From: a virus
Taxonomy: Duplodnaviria; Caudoviricetes
Length of the DNA stretch: 54,707 bases
Strand: one strand, 5' to 3'
IMG/VR virus record: IMGVR_UViG_3300020455_000018
Span: 1 to 54,707 of that record
The position numbers and the translations under genes are program-made. The notes below the pieces were generated by a model. It ran no database searches. It saw nothing but the letters and a program-made list of their open reading frames with translations, and was not told the origin of the DNA. Shown here piece by piece: positions 1 through 9,138 of this stretch. The stretch's first letter is position 1. Each line of letters starts with the position of its first letter.

Positions 1-83
1 GCAGCAGACCAATTAGGTTTCTCTACAGGCGGTACTAATAGAATGACTTTAACCAATAGTGGTTTAACTCTTGCTAATGGAGG
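1..83. repeat. Terminal direct repeat (left copy), matches 54625-54707; indicates circular/permuted assembly
   Basis: 83-nt match with a single synonymous mismatch at position 21 (TTC vs TTT). Confidence 0.95.
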
Positions 84-2187
84 TGTTTATTCTGGAGATA
101 GCACATCTGGAGTATTAAGCACAGGAAGTTGGGCAGGAGATTTAGTAAGTGGACAAAGTTTTGAAAGAGTTTGTGGATTATCTCATGATGGTGGAGAATT
201 TGTAATTGTTGAGAAAAATGGACAAGTAAGTACATTAATTGATGGTAGTTATTTTGCTTATGAAGCTGGTACTAATCAAGGAGGAGGTTTTTATAGTAGT
301 TCAGATAGTAGCTATGCTAATGCTACTGGTATTGTTGCAAGTGGTGGAACATTATATGTTAAACAAGCTGATGGAACAAATGCAAGTTTTTATGTTACTG
401 GAGATACTACAACAAATGGCTACATAAGTAGTAAAGATGCTTCAACTGATTTACGCTTAAGAAGAGGTACTAATAATGATGATATAATTATTATAGAAGC
501 ATCTCAAACAAGAATTATTGGAGATGCAGTAGAAAGAGTAAGATTTGGTAGTTGGGGAATAAGAAACAATTATTTTGGAAGTAATAGTGCTCCTTCTTAT
601 AGTTTTGTATCAGATACTGATACTGGTATGTTTAGAAGTGCAGCTAATCAATTAGGGTTTGCAGTCGGAGGTAATGAAAAAGTAACCATAGATAGTAGCG
701 GTAGAGTTGGTATAGGAGTTAATTCATCAATTCAAGAAGAACTTGATGTTGCTGGTGTAGGAAAATTTAGAGGAAACTCTCATAGTAGCGATGTTTTAGA
801 GCTTGGACAATTAAATGACGGAGCAACAACACAGCAATATTTAATAAGTACTTATGATAGTGCTGGTGGTATAAGAAATGTTGGCGACCACATGCAAATT
901 AAATCACAAAGATGGGGACAAGATATTACCTTTGCAAGAAATGGTCAAGGTGGAGCTGTTCCAACAGCAAGATTTTATAATAATGGTAGTAATGGCTATA
1001 TGGAATTATATAAAGCTAGTAATCCTAGTTCTGATGCTACTTATACAAATCCAGTACAATTAAATGTAAATGGAAATAGTTGGCTAAATGGAGGGAACGT
1101 GGGAATTGGTACCTCGTCTCCTGGTTCATTATTAACAGTATATAAAGATGGAACACAAGTATCTAGTCCAAGTACATCATATCAAATAATGACAGTATCA
1201 AATTCCAATGGTGGTATTGCTATACAAGCTGGTGCAAGTTCTGATGCATTTTTAGTATTTGGAGATTATGGGCAATATGACGCTGGAAGAATAAGATACC
1301 ATAACGATACACACTTTATGGACTTTTGTACTGCTGGTAATAATCCAAGAATGACTATTAAAAACGATGGTAAAATAGTTGTTAATGGTACTGATAGTGA
1401 TGGTATGTTTAGAGTTAATTCTACTTCAGCAGAAAACGCAGTAAAGATTTATGCTAATGCAGCAAGAGGAGCATCAAGACACGCTTTACATATTGACGAC
1501 AATGATACTAACGGAAGAGGAAGTGTTGTAATAGATAGTGCTAGTGGTACTGGTATGAAAATAACTACACAAAATAGTAATTGGAATATGGAGTTAGTTT
1601 CGGCAGATGGAGGTGGTAGTCCAGCTATGAGTATGGGCGTAAGAATGCAATCATTTGAAGGTAGAGCTAATGGACATTATCAATTTGATGAAGATTATAG
1701 CGGTCAATGGTTTAGTGGAAATAGATATGCTGGTAATATGCAAAGTTGGCAAGTAGGATATAGAGATGGAAGCTCAGGTAATACGCCTGATTATATAGAT
1801 AGAGCAAGAATATATGTAACTACTGATGGAGATTTGCATGCAAACGAAGATGTAATTGCATTTTCATCTACTATTGGTTCTGATAAAAAACTTAAAAAGA
1901 ATGTAAAAGATATTAATTATGGATTAAAAGATGTGCTAAATATAAGAGCAGTAGAGTTTGACTGGAAAGAAAAAAGAAAAGGTCAGCACGATATTGGATT
2001 TATAGCACAAGAAATAGAAAAAATTATACCTGAAGTAGTAAATGAAGTTATGACTATTGGAGAAGGTGCTAAAGAAGGCGATACTCACAAAACAGTAGAT
2101 TATGCTAAATTAACTTCAGTATTAATAAAAGCAGTACAAGAACAACAACAACAAATAAACGAACTTAAGGAGAAGTTAAATGGCTAA
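1..2187 (+). CDS. C-terminal part of long tail fibre with intramolecular chaperone (peptidase S74-like); continues ORF from 52705 across the junction
   Basis: In frame with 52705 through the terminal overlap; G-x-VGIGT repeats; C-terminal SDKKLKKNV...GFIAQEIE..PEVV...AVQEQQQQI chaperone motif. Confidence 0.9.
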   Translation, partial: AADQLGFSTGGTNRMTLTNSGLTLANGGVYSGDSTSGVLSTGSWAGDLVSGQSFERVCGLSHDGGEFVIVEKNGQVSTLIDGSYFAYEAGTNQGGGFYSSSDSSYANATGIVASGGTLYVKQADGTNASFYVTGDTTTNGYISSKDASTDLRLRRGTNNDDIIIIEASQTRIIGDAVERVRFGSWGIRNNYFGSNSAPSYSFVSDTDTGMFRSAANQLGFAVGGNEKVTIDSSGRVGIGVNSSIQEELDVAGVGKFRGNSHSSDVLELGQLNDGATTQQYLISTYDSAGGIRNVGDHMQIKSQRWGQDITFARNGQGGAVPTARFYNNGSNGYMELYKASNPSSDATYTNPVQLNVNGNSWLNGGNVGIGTSSPGSLLTVYKDGTQVSSPSTSYQIMTVSNSNGGIAIQAGASSDAFLVFGDYGQYDAGRIRYHNDTHFMDFCTAGNNPRMTIKNDGKIVVNGTDSDGMFRVNSTSAENAVKIYANAARGASRHALHIDDNDTNGRGSVVIDSASGTGMKITTQNSNWNMELVSADGGGSPAMSMGVRMQSFEGRANGHYQFDEDYSGQWFSGNRYAGNMQSWQVGYRDGSSGNTPDYIDRARIYVTTDGDLHANEDVIAFSSTIGSDKKLKKNVKDINYGLKDVLNIRAVEFDWKEKRKGQHDIGFIAQEIEKIIPEVVNEVMTIGEGAKEGDTHKTVDYAKLTSVLIKAVQEQQQQINELKEKLNG

Positions 2188-2419
2188 AGTAATTAAAGCA
2201 ATAGAAGTTGCAGCAGATGCAGTAAAAATGGTTTCAATTAAACATACTAAAGTTATGAAAGATGCATCTGATAAAGATGTAACTGTTTTAGATTGGGAAG
2301 AAACTAAAAATGTAGATGATGCTATAACAGATGCAGAAGCTCAAAAGGCTAAATTAGAAGGTATGTTAAAAGACGTAGAAGCTGATTTAGTAGAATATAA
2401 AAAAGTTAAAGACGCATAA
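2180..2419 (+). CDS. Hypothetical protein (tail-fibre associated, coiled-coil C-terminus)
   Basis: AAGGAG RBS, overlaps upstream stop, 79 aa. Confidence 0.75.
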   Translation: MAKVIKAIEVAADAVKMVSIKHTKVMKDASDKDVTVLDWEETKNVDDAITDAEAQKAKLEGMLKDVEADLVEYKKVKDA

Positions 2420-2730
2420 TGGGCGTTACAGTAGGAAGTACTAATGTAGGATTGTTTAGTAATGGTTCAGCAGTAGGCGAAGCTACTGTTGTTCAGGAAA
2501 CAGCAAATATTAGTTTAAAAGGATTGTCTACTGGTGGCGAAGGTATGACCTTTGCTAACGATGGTGGACCTGGAGATGAGTTTGATAAAATTGGAGGCAC
2601 TAATAGTGATTTTCAATCTACTCAAGCAGATATTACAGCATCTCAAACAGCGGCTATAGAACAAGCTCCATATAAAATGTCTGAGCTTATAGGCGGAGAA
2701 CACGTTGCTGGTGGAGGTCCTGGTCGATGA
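2419..2730 (+). CDS. Hypothetical Gly/Thr-rich protein (possibly structural)
   Basis: TAATG coupling, 103 aa. Confidence 0.7.
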   Translation: MGVTVGSTNVGLFSNGSAVGEATVVQETANISLKGLSTGGEGMTFANDGGPGDEFDKIGGTNSDFQSTQADITASQTAAIEQAPYKMSELIGGEHVAGGGPGR

Positions 2731-3377
2731 AAGGATACGCATATGCAGCAAATTATACAATTAAAGAAGATTGTATTATAGACGAAGCTACTGGGTGGGA
2801 TGTAATGTCTACTTGGGAAACTCCTATTATGCAAAAACACGCTGATATTGTATGTGCTAATGGTGGACATATATTAGAATTTGGTTTTGGTATGGGTATA
2901 AGTGCTGATTTAATACAAGCGCACGATATAGAATCGCATACTATTATTGAAATTAATGATGGCATATATGACGCATTAGTAGAATGGGCTAAAGATAAAC
3001 CAAATGTAATACCAGTTAAAGGTGATTGGTATGATAATATACCTACTGATAAAAAATACGATGGTGTATTTTATGATGGTTTTGGAGATATGATAAATAA
3101 AAGATATTTTCCTACTAGAATAATGCAACATTGTAAAGAAGGAACTATACTTACTTGGTATAATAATTTTTTACAAGAAGAAAGTCAGTATGACGGAGTA
3201 CAAAAATACATTAAAAAAGTACACGAAATACAACAATTTGAAAGAAAGAGTAGGATAGATTTTGAATCAGTTAATTTAACAATACCTGAAAAAGCTAGAG
3301 TAAATTGGTACTTAAAAGGCGAAGGTAATACTTATTATGCACCTAAATTAATTGTGGATAATAATGATTTAAATTAA
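2727..3377 (+). CDS. Class I SAM-dependent methyltransferase, GAMT/Rmt2-like
   Basis: VMSTWETPIM...GGHILEFGFGMGISA...HTIIE...DGVFYD resembles guanidinoacetate/Rmt2 N-methyltransferase motifs. Confidence 0.8.
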   Translation: MKGYAYAANYTIKEDCIIDEATGWDVMSTWETPIMQKHADIVCANGGHILEFGFGMGISADLIQAHDIESHTIIEINDGIYDALVEWAKDKPNVIPVKGDWYDNIPTDKKYDGVFYDGFGDMINKRYFPTRIMQHCKEGTILTWYNNFLQEESQYDGVQKYIKKVHEIQQFERKSRIDFESVNLTIPEKARVNWYLKGEGNTYYAPKLIVDNNDLN

Positions 3378-3415
3378 TAAATTAAAGCACTATTAATAGT
3401 AAATAAGGAGAAACA

Positions 3416-3583
3416 ATGGCTAAAGAACAAGATAAAGCAAAAGAAATAGTACAAGAACCTATCAATTTAGAAGAACAATTGAAGGTAATTGAAGCTCAAA
3501 TTGCTGAATTGCGTGGAACACACAACTACATAAATAGTCTTTTACAACAAGGCTTCAAAGTTGTGCCTCCAGCTGAAAAATAG
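3416..3583 (+). CDS. Small coiled-coil protein (55 aa, MAKEQDKAKE...; not in ORF track)
   Basis: AAGGAG RBS, ATG 3416, TAG 3581-3583. Confidence 0.75.
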   Translation: MAKEQDKAKEIVQEPINLEEQLKVIEAQIAELRGTHNYINSLLQQGFKVVPPAEK

Positions 3584-3588
3584 AAATG

Positions 3589-3612
3589 AGGGGGGAGTTA
3601 ATTCTCCCCTAC
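3589..3612 (+). terminator. GC hairpin, possible terminator or processing stem
   Basis: GGGGAG-ttaatt-CTCCCC stem after a stop codon; no strong U tract. Confidence 0.45.
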
Positions 3613-3638
3613 ATTAACCTTTAGATTACGGAGATAAC

Positions 3639-3929
3639 ATGGAAGTAGGAAAAGACACTAAGTTTAGTCTTACAATTGAAACAGCAATTAGTATTCTAGT
3701 TTCTGTTGGTATGGTTATTGGTATGTGGTTTACTCTTCAAGCGGATATTGAAGAAGCAAAAGAACTACCAGTTCCAGAAGTGGGTCGTACAGAATATGAT
3801 TTAAAAGACCAAATGATACGAAACACCATCATAGAAACGCAAAAAGATGTAACAGAAATGAAAGAAGAGCAAAAAGAAATGCGTGATGATGTCAAGAATA
3901 TCGAACGTATGATGATGCAACAAAACTAA
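3639..3929 (+). CDS. Membrane protein: one N-terminal TM helix plus coiled coil (i-spanin-like topology)
   Basis: GGAG RBS; ISILVSVGMVIGMWF hydrophobic helix followed by a heptad-rich tail. Confidence 0.75.
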   Translation: MEVGKDTKFSLTIETAISILVSVGMVIGMWFTLQADIEEAKELPVPEVGRTEYDLKDQMIRNTIIETQKDVTEMKEEQKEMRDDVKNIERMMMQQN

Positions 3930-4015
3930 TGAGGTACAGAGATGAACTTATATTATGGTATTTTATCGTTACTTGGTTTGTCGTTGTGGCTTACGCCATT
4001 ACACTCACAAGGTAA
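3929..4015 (+). CDS. Putative 28-aa single-TM peptide overlapping the next gene in another frame
   Basis: TAATG coupling to upstream stop; MRYRDELILWYFIVTWFVVVAYAITLTR. Confidence 0.4.
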   Translation: MRYRDELILWYFIVTWFVVVAYAITLTR

Positions 4016-4343
4016 ACTAAAAGATTTAGAACAAATACAGTTATTAAGTCAAGACGAATGCGTTATAGTTCAAGTCAATGCAGACTGGAATATTAAAGCT
4101 TCTATAGATTTAGGTAAATTAAAAAATTGTAAATGGTTTAACGCAAGTATAGACGATAAACAATATGGTGCTATTATAGCTAATGAATGGGGAATTAAAT
4201 CAGTTCCTACAATTATTATGTTTGAATATGGCAAAGAGATAAAAAGATTTGAAGCAGGTTTATCATTTAACCTGGACAGCAATAAGATAAAAAAAGAAAT
4301 AGATGATGAAATTGATAAAATAATGTTAAGGAGATTTCAATGA
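3942..4343 (+). CDS. Exported thioredoxin-fold protein lacking CxxC
   Basis: Signal-peptide-like N-terminus; VQVNADWN at the WCxxC position; GIKSVPTIIMF..GKEIKRF cis-Pro motif. Confidence 0.75.
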   Translation: MNLYYGILSLLGLSLWLTPLHSQGKLKDLEQIQLLSQDECVIVQVNADWNIKASIDLGKLKNCKWFNASIDDKQYGAIIANEWGIKSVPTIIMFEYGKEIKRFEAGLSFNLDSNKIKKEIDDEIDKIMLRRFQ

Positions 4344-5434
4344 TGTATTATTTAAGTTTGTTTTACAAACAAATATTAAGTTGCCTATTATTAGTAGGCA
4401 CTTTATCAGCACAAGACTTCTTTAAGTTTAGCACTATATACGGCGCATATAGCTTCAGTAGTCCAATAACTAAAGAATTGCAATACCAAGTGTCAGGTGG
4501 ACAGTTACAGGAACTACAACAAGAGTTAGATGACCATACAGTTATGACTTTTGGTATTCGTAAACTTGCAAGATTTGGTTATGAAAATAAACCTGAAGTT
4601 TGGTATACTGGTAAAGAAGCGCCTATTAATGAAAGTGCCGCTATTGGTAATGTTCCTACAGGCTGGGAATATGTAATAGAATATTCAGACCACAAAGAGT
4701 TTGAAGAAGAGTTTACAAATAAACAATTTATGCTTAGATATATGGGTGAGCATTTTATTGCAAAAGCAAATTACGACTTTAGAGGATTAGAAGATGTAGA
4801 ATTTGCAGGTTTAGATATGAGAGTAAAAAAAGATTTTGGTAATCTTGCTTTATCTATGGGAGTTGCAGGTAGAAGCCATCCAGCGTATTTAGACTTTAGA
4901 CCTATTGATTTATGGTGGGATGAACAAGGTATAGATACTAGTGAATATATTCCATTTTGGGAATTTGCATATTTCTATGGATTTACAGATTCTTTTGAGC
5001 AACAATATACTCAATATGGATATGAATATTATGATTATTTATGGTGGGATGCTGAAGGCAATCTTGTAGCTACATCAGATGACCAATTTTATAAACAAAT
5101 TTATGGTCAAATTGTAAGAGAATATAACGAAGAGTATGCAAAAGACCTTGGTTATCAAAACGAATTAAGTTTATCAATTGGTGCTGACTATTACAAATAT
5201 ATGCCTAATAATTGGTTTCACTTTTGGGCTACCGCATATCCAGTAACAAAGGGTATGTCTGATTATTCATTTAATTACGATGTAGCTGAAAATGGAATGG
5301 ATTATGATTTAGGCTTAGTGTATGGTTGGAAGCTTAGTAAAAAGTTTGGTATTTTCTTAGAAGGAAGATACTTAAGTATGTACGATGTACAAAGTTATGA
5401 GTCCAAGGTTGGATTCAATTGGTTAATATATTAA
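4340..5434 (+). CDS. Exported protein, probable outer-membrane beta-barrel
   Basis: Signal peptide ending TLSA-QD; alternating amphipathic strands; C-terminal KVGFNWLIY aromatic end. Confidence 0.65.
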   Translation: MMYYLSLFYKQILSCLLLVGTLSAQDFFKFSTIYGAYSFSSPITKELQYQVSGGQLQELQQELDDHTVMTFGIRKLARFGYENKPEVWYTGKEAPINESAAIGNVPTGWEYVIEYSDHKEFEEEFTNKQFMLRYMGEHFIAKANYDFRGLEDVEFAGLDMRVKKDFGNLALSMGVAGRSHPAYLDFRPIDLWWDEQGIDTSEYIPFWEFAYFYGFTDSFEQQYTQYGYEYYDYLWWDAEGNLVATSDDQFYKQIYGQIVREYNEEYAKDLGYQNELSLSIGADYYKYMPNNWFHFWATAYPVTKGMSDYSFNYDVAENGMDYDLGLVYGWKLSKKFGIFLEGRYLSMYDVQSYESKVGFNWLIY

Positions 5435-5448
5435 TGATAGGAGAAAAT

Positions 5449-5607
5449 ATGGTAGGATTTATAGTAGGATTAGCTTTAGGCTTTGGTCTTCATTATGCAC
5501 TATTTTGTGCTGATGATTTAAAACAAAGATGTAAACAATGTTTTGAATTTGCAAAACTTAAAGCAAAAGTTGTAAAAGCGAACAAAAAAAAGAAAGGTAA
5601 AAAATAA
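5449..5607 (+). CDS. Small membrane protein with basic tail
   Basis: AGGAG RBS before ATG 5449; GFIVGLALGFGLHYAL TM segment. Confidence 0.65.
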   Translation: MVGFIVGLALGFGLHYALFCADDLKQRCKQCFEFAKLKAKVVKANKKKKGKK

Positions 5608-5978
5608 TGCCTAAACTAAATGTAGTTGCTGGTATTATTGATAAGGTTGCAGGTCATGTAGACAAGTTTACTTTAGACAAACAGGAGAAAGCTGAGTTGA
5701 TTGCAGAAATTAACAAAGCACAAATGGAAGTCAATAAAGTAGAAGCTGGTCATACAAGTATCTTTGTTGCGGGATGGAGGCCCTTCACGGGCTGGATATG
5801 TGCCACAGCATTAGGGTATCATTTTTTATTGCAACCTTTACTTACATTTATTATGTATAGTTTAGGAAATGAAATTGTATTACCAACCTTTGATATGGGT
5901 ACTCTTACAACAGTACTTCTCGGAATGCTCGGTCTTGGGGGAATGCGTTCATTTGAGAAGGTGAAAAAAAGTGCCTAA
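5607..5978 (+). CDS. Holin (3TM gene-transfer-release type)
   Basis: AGWRPFTGW motif, TM segments and LLGMLGLGGMRSFEK end typical of this family. Confidence 0.8.
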   Translation: MPKLNVVAGIIDKVAGHVDKFTLDKQEKAELIAEINKAQMEVNKVEAGHTSIFVAGWRPFTGWICATALGYHFLLQPLLTFIMYSLGNEIVLPTFDMGTLTTVLLGMLGLGGMRSFEKVKKSA

Positions 5979-7575
5979 ACAAGAATTTAAAATATTAGCA
6001 TTTCATGGTGGAATAAACGACAATTCAGACCCTAGGGATATAGAAGATAAAGAATTTAGATTAGCTGACGGAGTGTCTTTTCATCGTTTAGGAAAAATAG
6101 TAGGTTTAGGAAACAAAGGCTCTGCTTTGTCTTCTACTTTAACAGGAGCTTCTGTAAAAATAGAACCAGGGTATGGTTTACATTTTTTTTCACAAGATTA
6201 CGATAAAGATGGAAATAATAATTCTGAAGATTATTTAGCTATGTATAACAAATCTAACAATAAAATTAAATTCTATTATAGAGATAAACCAGATTATAAT
6301 AGTGATGGAGACGAAGACCCTGGATTTATAGACTCGTCACACGAAGTTACTTTTGGTGGAAACATTAAACCTAATTATTATTACGGAGAGGGTATGTTAA
6401 GAATATCAGATGCTAATTTAGCTTCACAAAGTTCTAAATGGTTTGGATATATAGATTCATCATTATATTGGACTAATTCTTCTGGAAACACTAACAACGT
6501 ACATGATATTAAAAAATTTTCATCTGGTGACCAAAAATTTAATAATTTAAATTCATTGGCTGGTCAAGGGTTAAAATTGCAAGACATTACAGAAGCAAAT
6601 CCTACTGAAAATGAAATTGGGTCTCAAGCAGGTAGATTAATTTTAGGTTATATGAAAGACGAAGGAGGAGAATGGAATGGTAATTATACTTTTGGAGCAA
6701 CTCCAGTATTTAAAGATAATCAAGAAGGACCTATAACTCCTATTTATAGCAATCTTGTAGGATTAGTAGAAGATATATTGCCTTTGTATAATAATAGAAT
6801 GTCATTCCAAGTATATATATCAATGGGCACAAGCAATAATATATCATCTTCTACAAATCATATTTTAGGAAATGAAAATAGAATGATTGGTATTAATTGG
6901 TATTTTAAAGAACAAGGCGATGATGAATGGACTTTTTTAAGACATACTGATTTGCGTGAAGGCGGTAAACATTATTGGAAAGTATTTGATGCTACTAACC
7001 AAGGTACTCACGGTATATGGATTGGAAGCAATGTAGAACCTGGAAATGCAGGAACTGGAGAAGTAAGAAGAGAAGGTGTTTCTATTTGGAGTAATGAAGG
7101 AACTATTAATAGTGCAATACATTTTAGCGATAAAGCTGATGGTACTGGAACTAATTGGATGTCAGCAGATGGTGGTAGCGCTCCTTTTACAGATTACAAT
7201 ACAAACACTACGGGTAAATCGTATGCACAAGTTTATTTAAGAGTAAAAATAAAAAACAATAATGCGGCTAATGGATTTGATAATAGATTTGGATTTTTAA
7301 GAATATGGGGTGGAGCCGTATCTCCTTTATATGTAAGCGCTGTAGGAACTTCTTTAATTAAATTAAAAACTGGAACATCCCCTAATTACAACACAGATGA
7401 TACTTATTATGTTCCTATAACATTGCCTAGTTTAGGTACTGATAGAGAATTTAGAGTTCAAGTATTAGATGAAAATTTTAATGTTATTGCAGATACTGGT
7501 ATTTATACTATAACTATAACTGATAGTGGAGCTGCCGTTCCACCTGAATACGAACAAGAGGTAGAAATTGGCTAA
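5971..7575 (+). CDS. Tail structural protein (nozzle/stabilisation-like)
   Basis: N-terminal F-x-GG-I-N...DPRDI motif seen in podovirus tail proteins; position before ejection genes. Confidence 0.6.
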   Translation: MPKQEFKILAFHGGINDNSDPRDIEDKEFRLADGVSFHRLGKIVGLGNKGSALSSTLTGASVKIEPGYGLHFFSQDYDKDGNNNSEDYLAMYNKSNNKIKFYYRDKPDYNSDGDEDPGFIDSSHEVTFGGNIKPNYYYGEGMLRISDANLASQSSKWFGYIDSSLYWTNSSGNTNNVHDIKKFSSGDQKFNNLNSLAGQGLKLQDITEANPTENEIGSQAGRLILGYMKDEGGEWNGNYTFGATPVFKDNQEGPITPIYSNLVGLVEDILPLYNNRMSFQVYISMGTSNNISSSTNHILGNENRMIGINWYFKEQGDDEWTFLRHTDLREGGKHYWKVFDATNQGTHGIWIGSNVEPGNAGTGEVRREGVSIWSNEGTINSAIHFSDKADGTGTNWMSADGGSAPFTDYNTNTTGKSYAQVYLRVKIKNNNAANGFDNRFGFLRIWGGAVSPLYVSAVGTSLIKLKTGTSPNYNTDDTYYVPITLPSLGTDREFRVQVLDENFNVIADTGIYTITITDSGAAVPPEYEQEVEIG

Positions 7576-8764
7576 TTACGCATTAATAAATCCAGGAAAG
7601 TTTCATTTAGGAGACCCTCATGATTTTCCACCTAGACAAAATAGAAGATTTGACGAAAGAAATTATATATCAGAAATCAAATGGAAAACGTCTGTAATGT
7701 TAAATAAGAGGGTTTATATAGGAAATGTAAAATTAGTCCAATCTGATGGCACTGAGAGAGCTTTAAGCGATAGTATGTTTAAAAGCAAGAGCAATAAATA
7801 TGATTCATTTACATTAGATAGAAGAATTGATGTTGCTGTAGCTGATGGAGAAGAAATTATAAGACTTGCTACATTTGCAGATAGAATTTTGCAATACAAA
7901 CAAAATACTTTACATATTATTAACGCTACAAAATCACAAGAATTTTTAGAAGCTAGTTATAAATTTAAAGGAGTTTCTCATCACAATGCTGTATGCGAAT
8001 TTGATTATGGAGTTGCTTGGTGTAACCAACAAGGAGTATATATGTATAATGGGCAACAAGTAATAGAATTAACGGTAAAAGAAGGCGTTCGTAGATTTTC
8101 TCAAGAAGCTTGGGAAGATTTTTATGAAGACGGTAAAACTTCTATTGGTTATATACCAGAACAAAAACAATTATTATTAGTAAAAGGTTTTGAATCAGCT
8201 CATTCTTCTAATATTTTGTTATACGATATGGTAACAAAAAGTTGGACTAAAGGAACTGGAAGATTAAGTGTTTCTAATGCTGGTAAAAATATAACTAATT
8301 TGATAAATTTATGGGACAATAAATTAATATACGGATATGAAAATGCTACCGATGAAACAACAGTTGTTCCTTGGAATGTTGCATCTACTGAAGCAATTAA
8401 TAATTTTAAATTGCAAACAAAAGAATATACGTTTGGAACGCAAGCAAAAAAGAAAATTATAAAAGTTAGAATGACTTATAAAGGAGCTTCAGGTAGCAAT
8501 ACTAACATAACTCCTAAATATTCTTATGACGGTAGTGGATTTGTACATTCTTTTCAAGATGAAAACGGTGTTAATATAACAAATATACCAGGAAGCGCTG
8601 ATTGGACTGAAATAGATTTATATACACAATCAAATGCTAATGGAATTAGAGGTTTTGGATTAGAATTAGCAGACGAAGATGGCGCAACTACTACTAAAAA
8701 AGTAGCAAATGATTTTGAAATAAATGACATAACAATAATTTTTAGAACAAAAAGTGTAAAATAA
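7568..8764 (+). CDS. Tail structural protein (beta-rich, nozzle/stabilisation-like)
   Basis: GAGG RBS with TTG start; beta-propeller-like segments; gene context. Confidence 0.6.
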   Translation: MANYALINPGKFHLGDPHDFPPRQNRRFDERNYISEIKWKTSVMLNKRVYIGNVKLVQSDGTERALSDSMFKSKSNKYDSFTLDRRIDVAVADGEEIIRLATFADRILQYKQNTLHIINATKSQEFLEASYKFKGVSHHNAVCEFDYGVAWCNQQGVYMYNGQQVIELTVKEGVRRFSQEAWEDFYEDGKTSIGYIPEQKQLLLVKGFESAHSSNILLYDMVTKSWTKGTGRLSVSNAGKNITNLINLWDNKLIYGYENATDETTVVPWNVASTEAINNFKLQTKEYTFGTQAKKKIIKVRMTYKGASGSNTNITPKYSYDGSGFVHSFQDENGVNITNIPGSADWTEIDLYTQSNANGIRGFGLELADEDGATTTKKVANDFEINDITIIFRTKSVK

Positions 8765-9078
8765 TGGCTGAACAAGCAGAAAAAAAGTTTCAAAGACCAG
8801 AAGGAAGAGGCGTAGGCGGTTCAAATTCTATTCATAGAACTATGTATCCAGAAAGATACATGAGAAATGAAACTCAATCTAAGCCTAAGTTTGTAAATAG
8901 TATTCCTGAGCAAGAATCGGGACAAAATGGAGATATAGTTTATTTTGTAAATGAAAGAAATTTTAACAAAGTAGAACAATACTTAAAACATGAAAATCAA
9001 TGGATAAATATTACTAGCGGTAGACCTTCTACAGATAATGCCAAAGTAAAAAAGTTTATACAGGCAAAAGCTGGATAA
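8764..9078 (+). CDS. Hypothetical protein
   Basis: TAATG coupling, 104 aa. Confidence 0.7.
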   Translation: MAEQAEKKFQRPEGRGVGGSNSIHRTMYPERYMRNETQSKPKFVNSIPEQESGQNGDIVYFVNERNFNKVEQYLKHENQWINITSGRPSTDNAKVKKFIQAKAG

Positions 9079-9086
9079 CAAAACAG

Positions 9087-9115
9087 TTGATTTTTTACAA
9101 TATAATAATTAATTT
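9087..9115 (+). promoter_or_regulatory. Candidate sigma70-type promoter TTGATT-N17-TAATTT
   Basis: Only intergenic gap upstream of the ejection cluster; fits the genome's TTG..-N17-TAWWTT pattern. Confidence 0.4.
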
Positions 9116-9138
9116 TTTAATAAAAATCTAAGGAATTT

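Noticed and set aside
3353-3361. Perfect DnaA box (reverse strand)
   Set aside because: Single copy inside a coding region; compatible with chance
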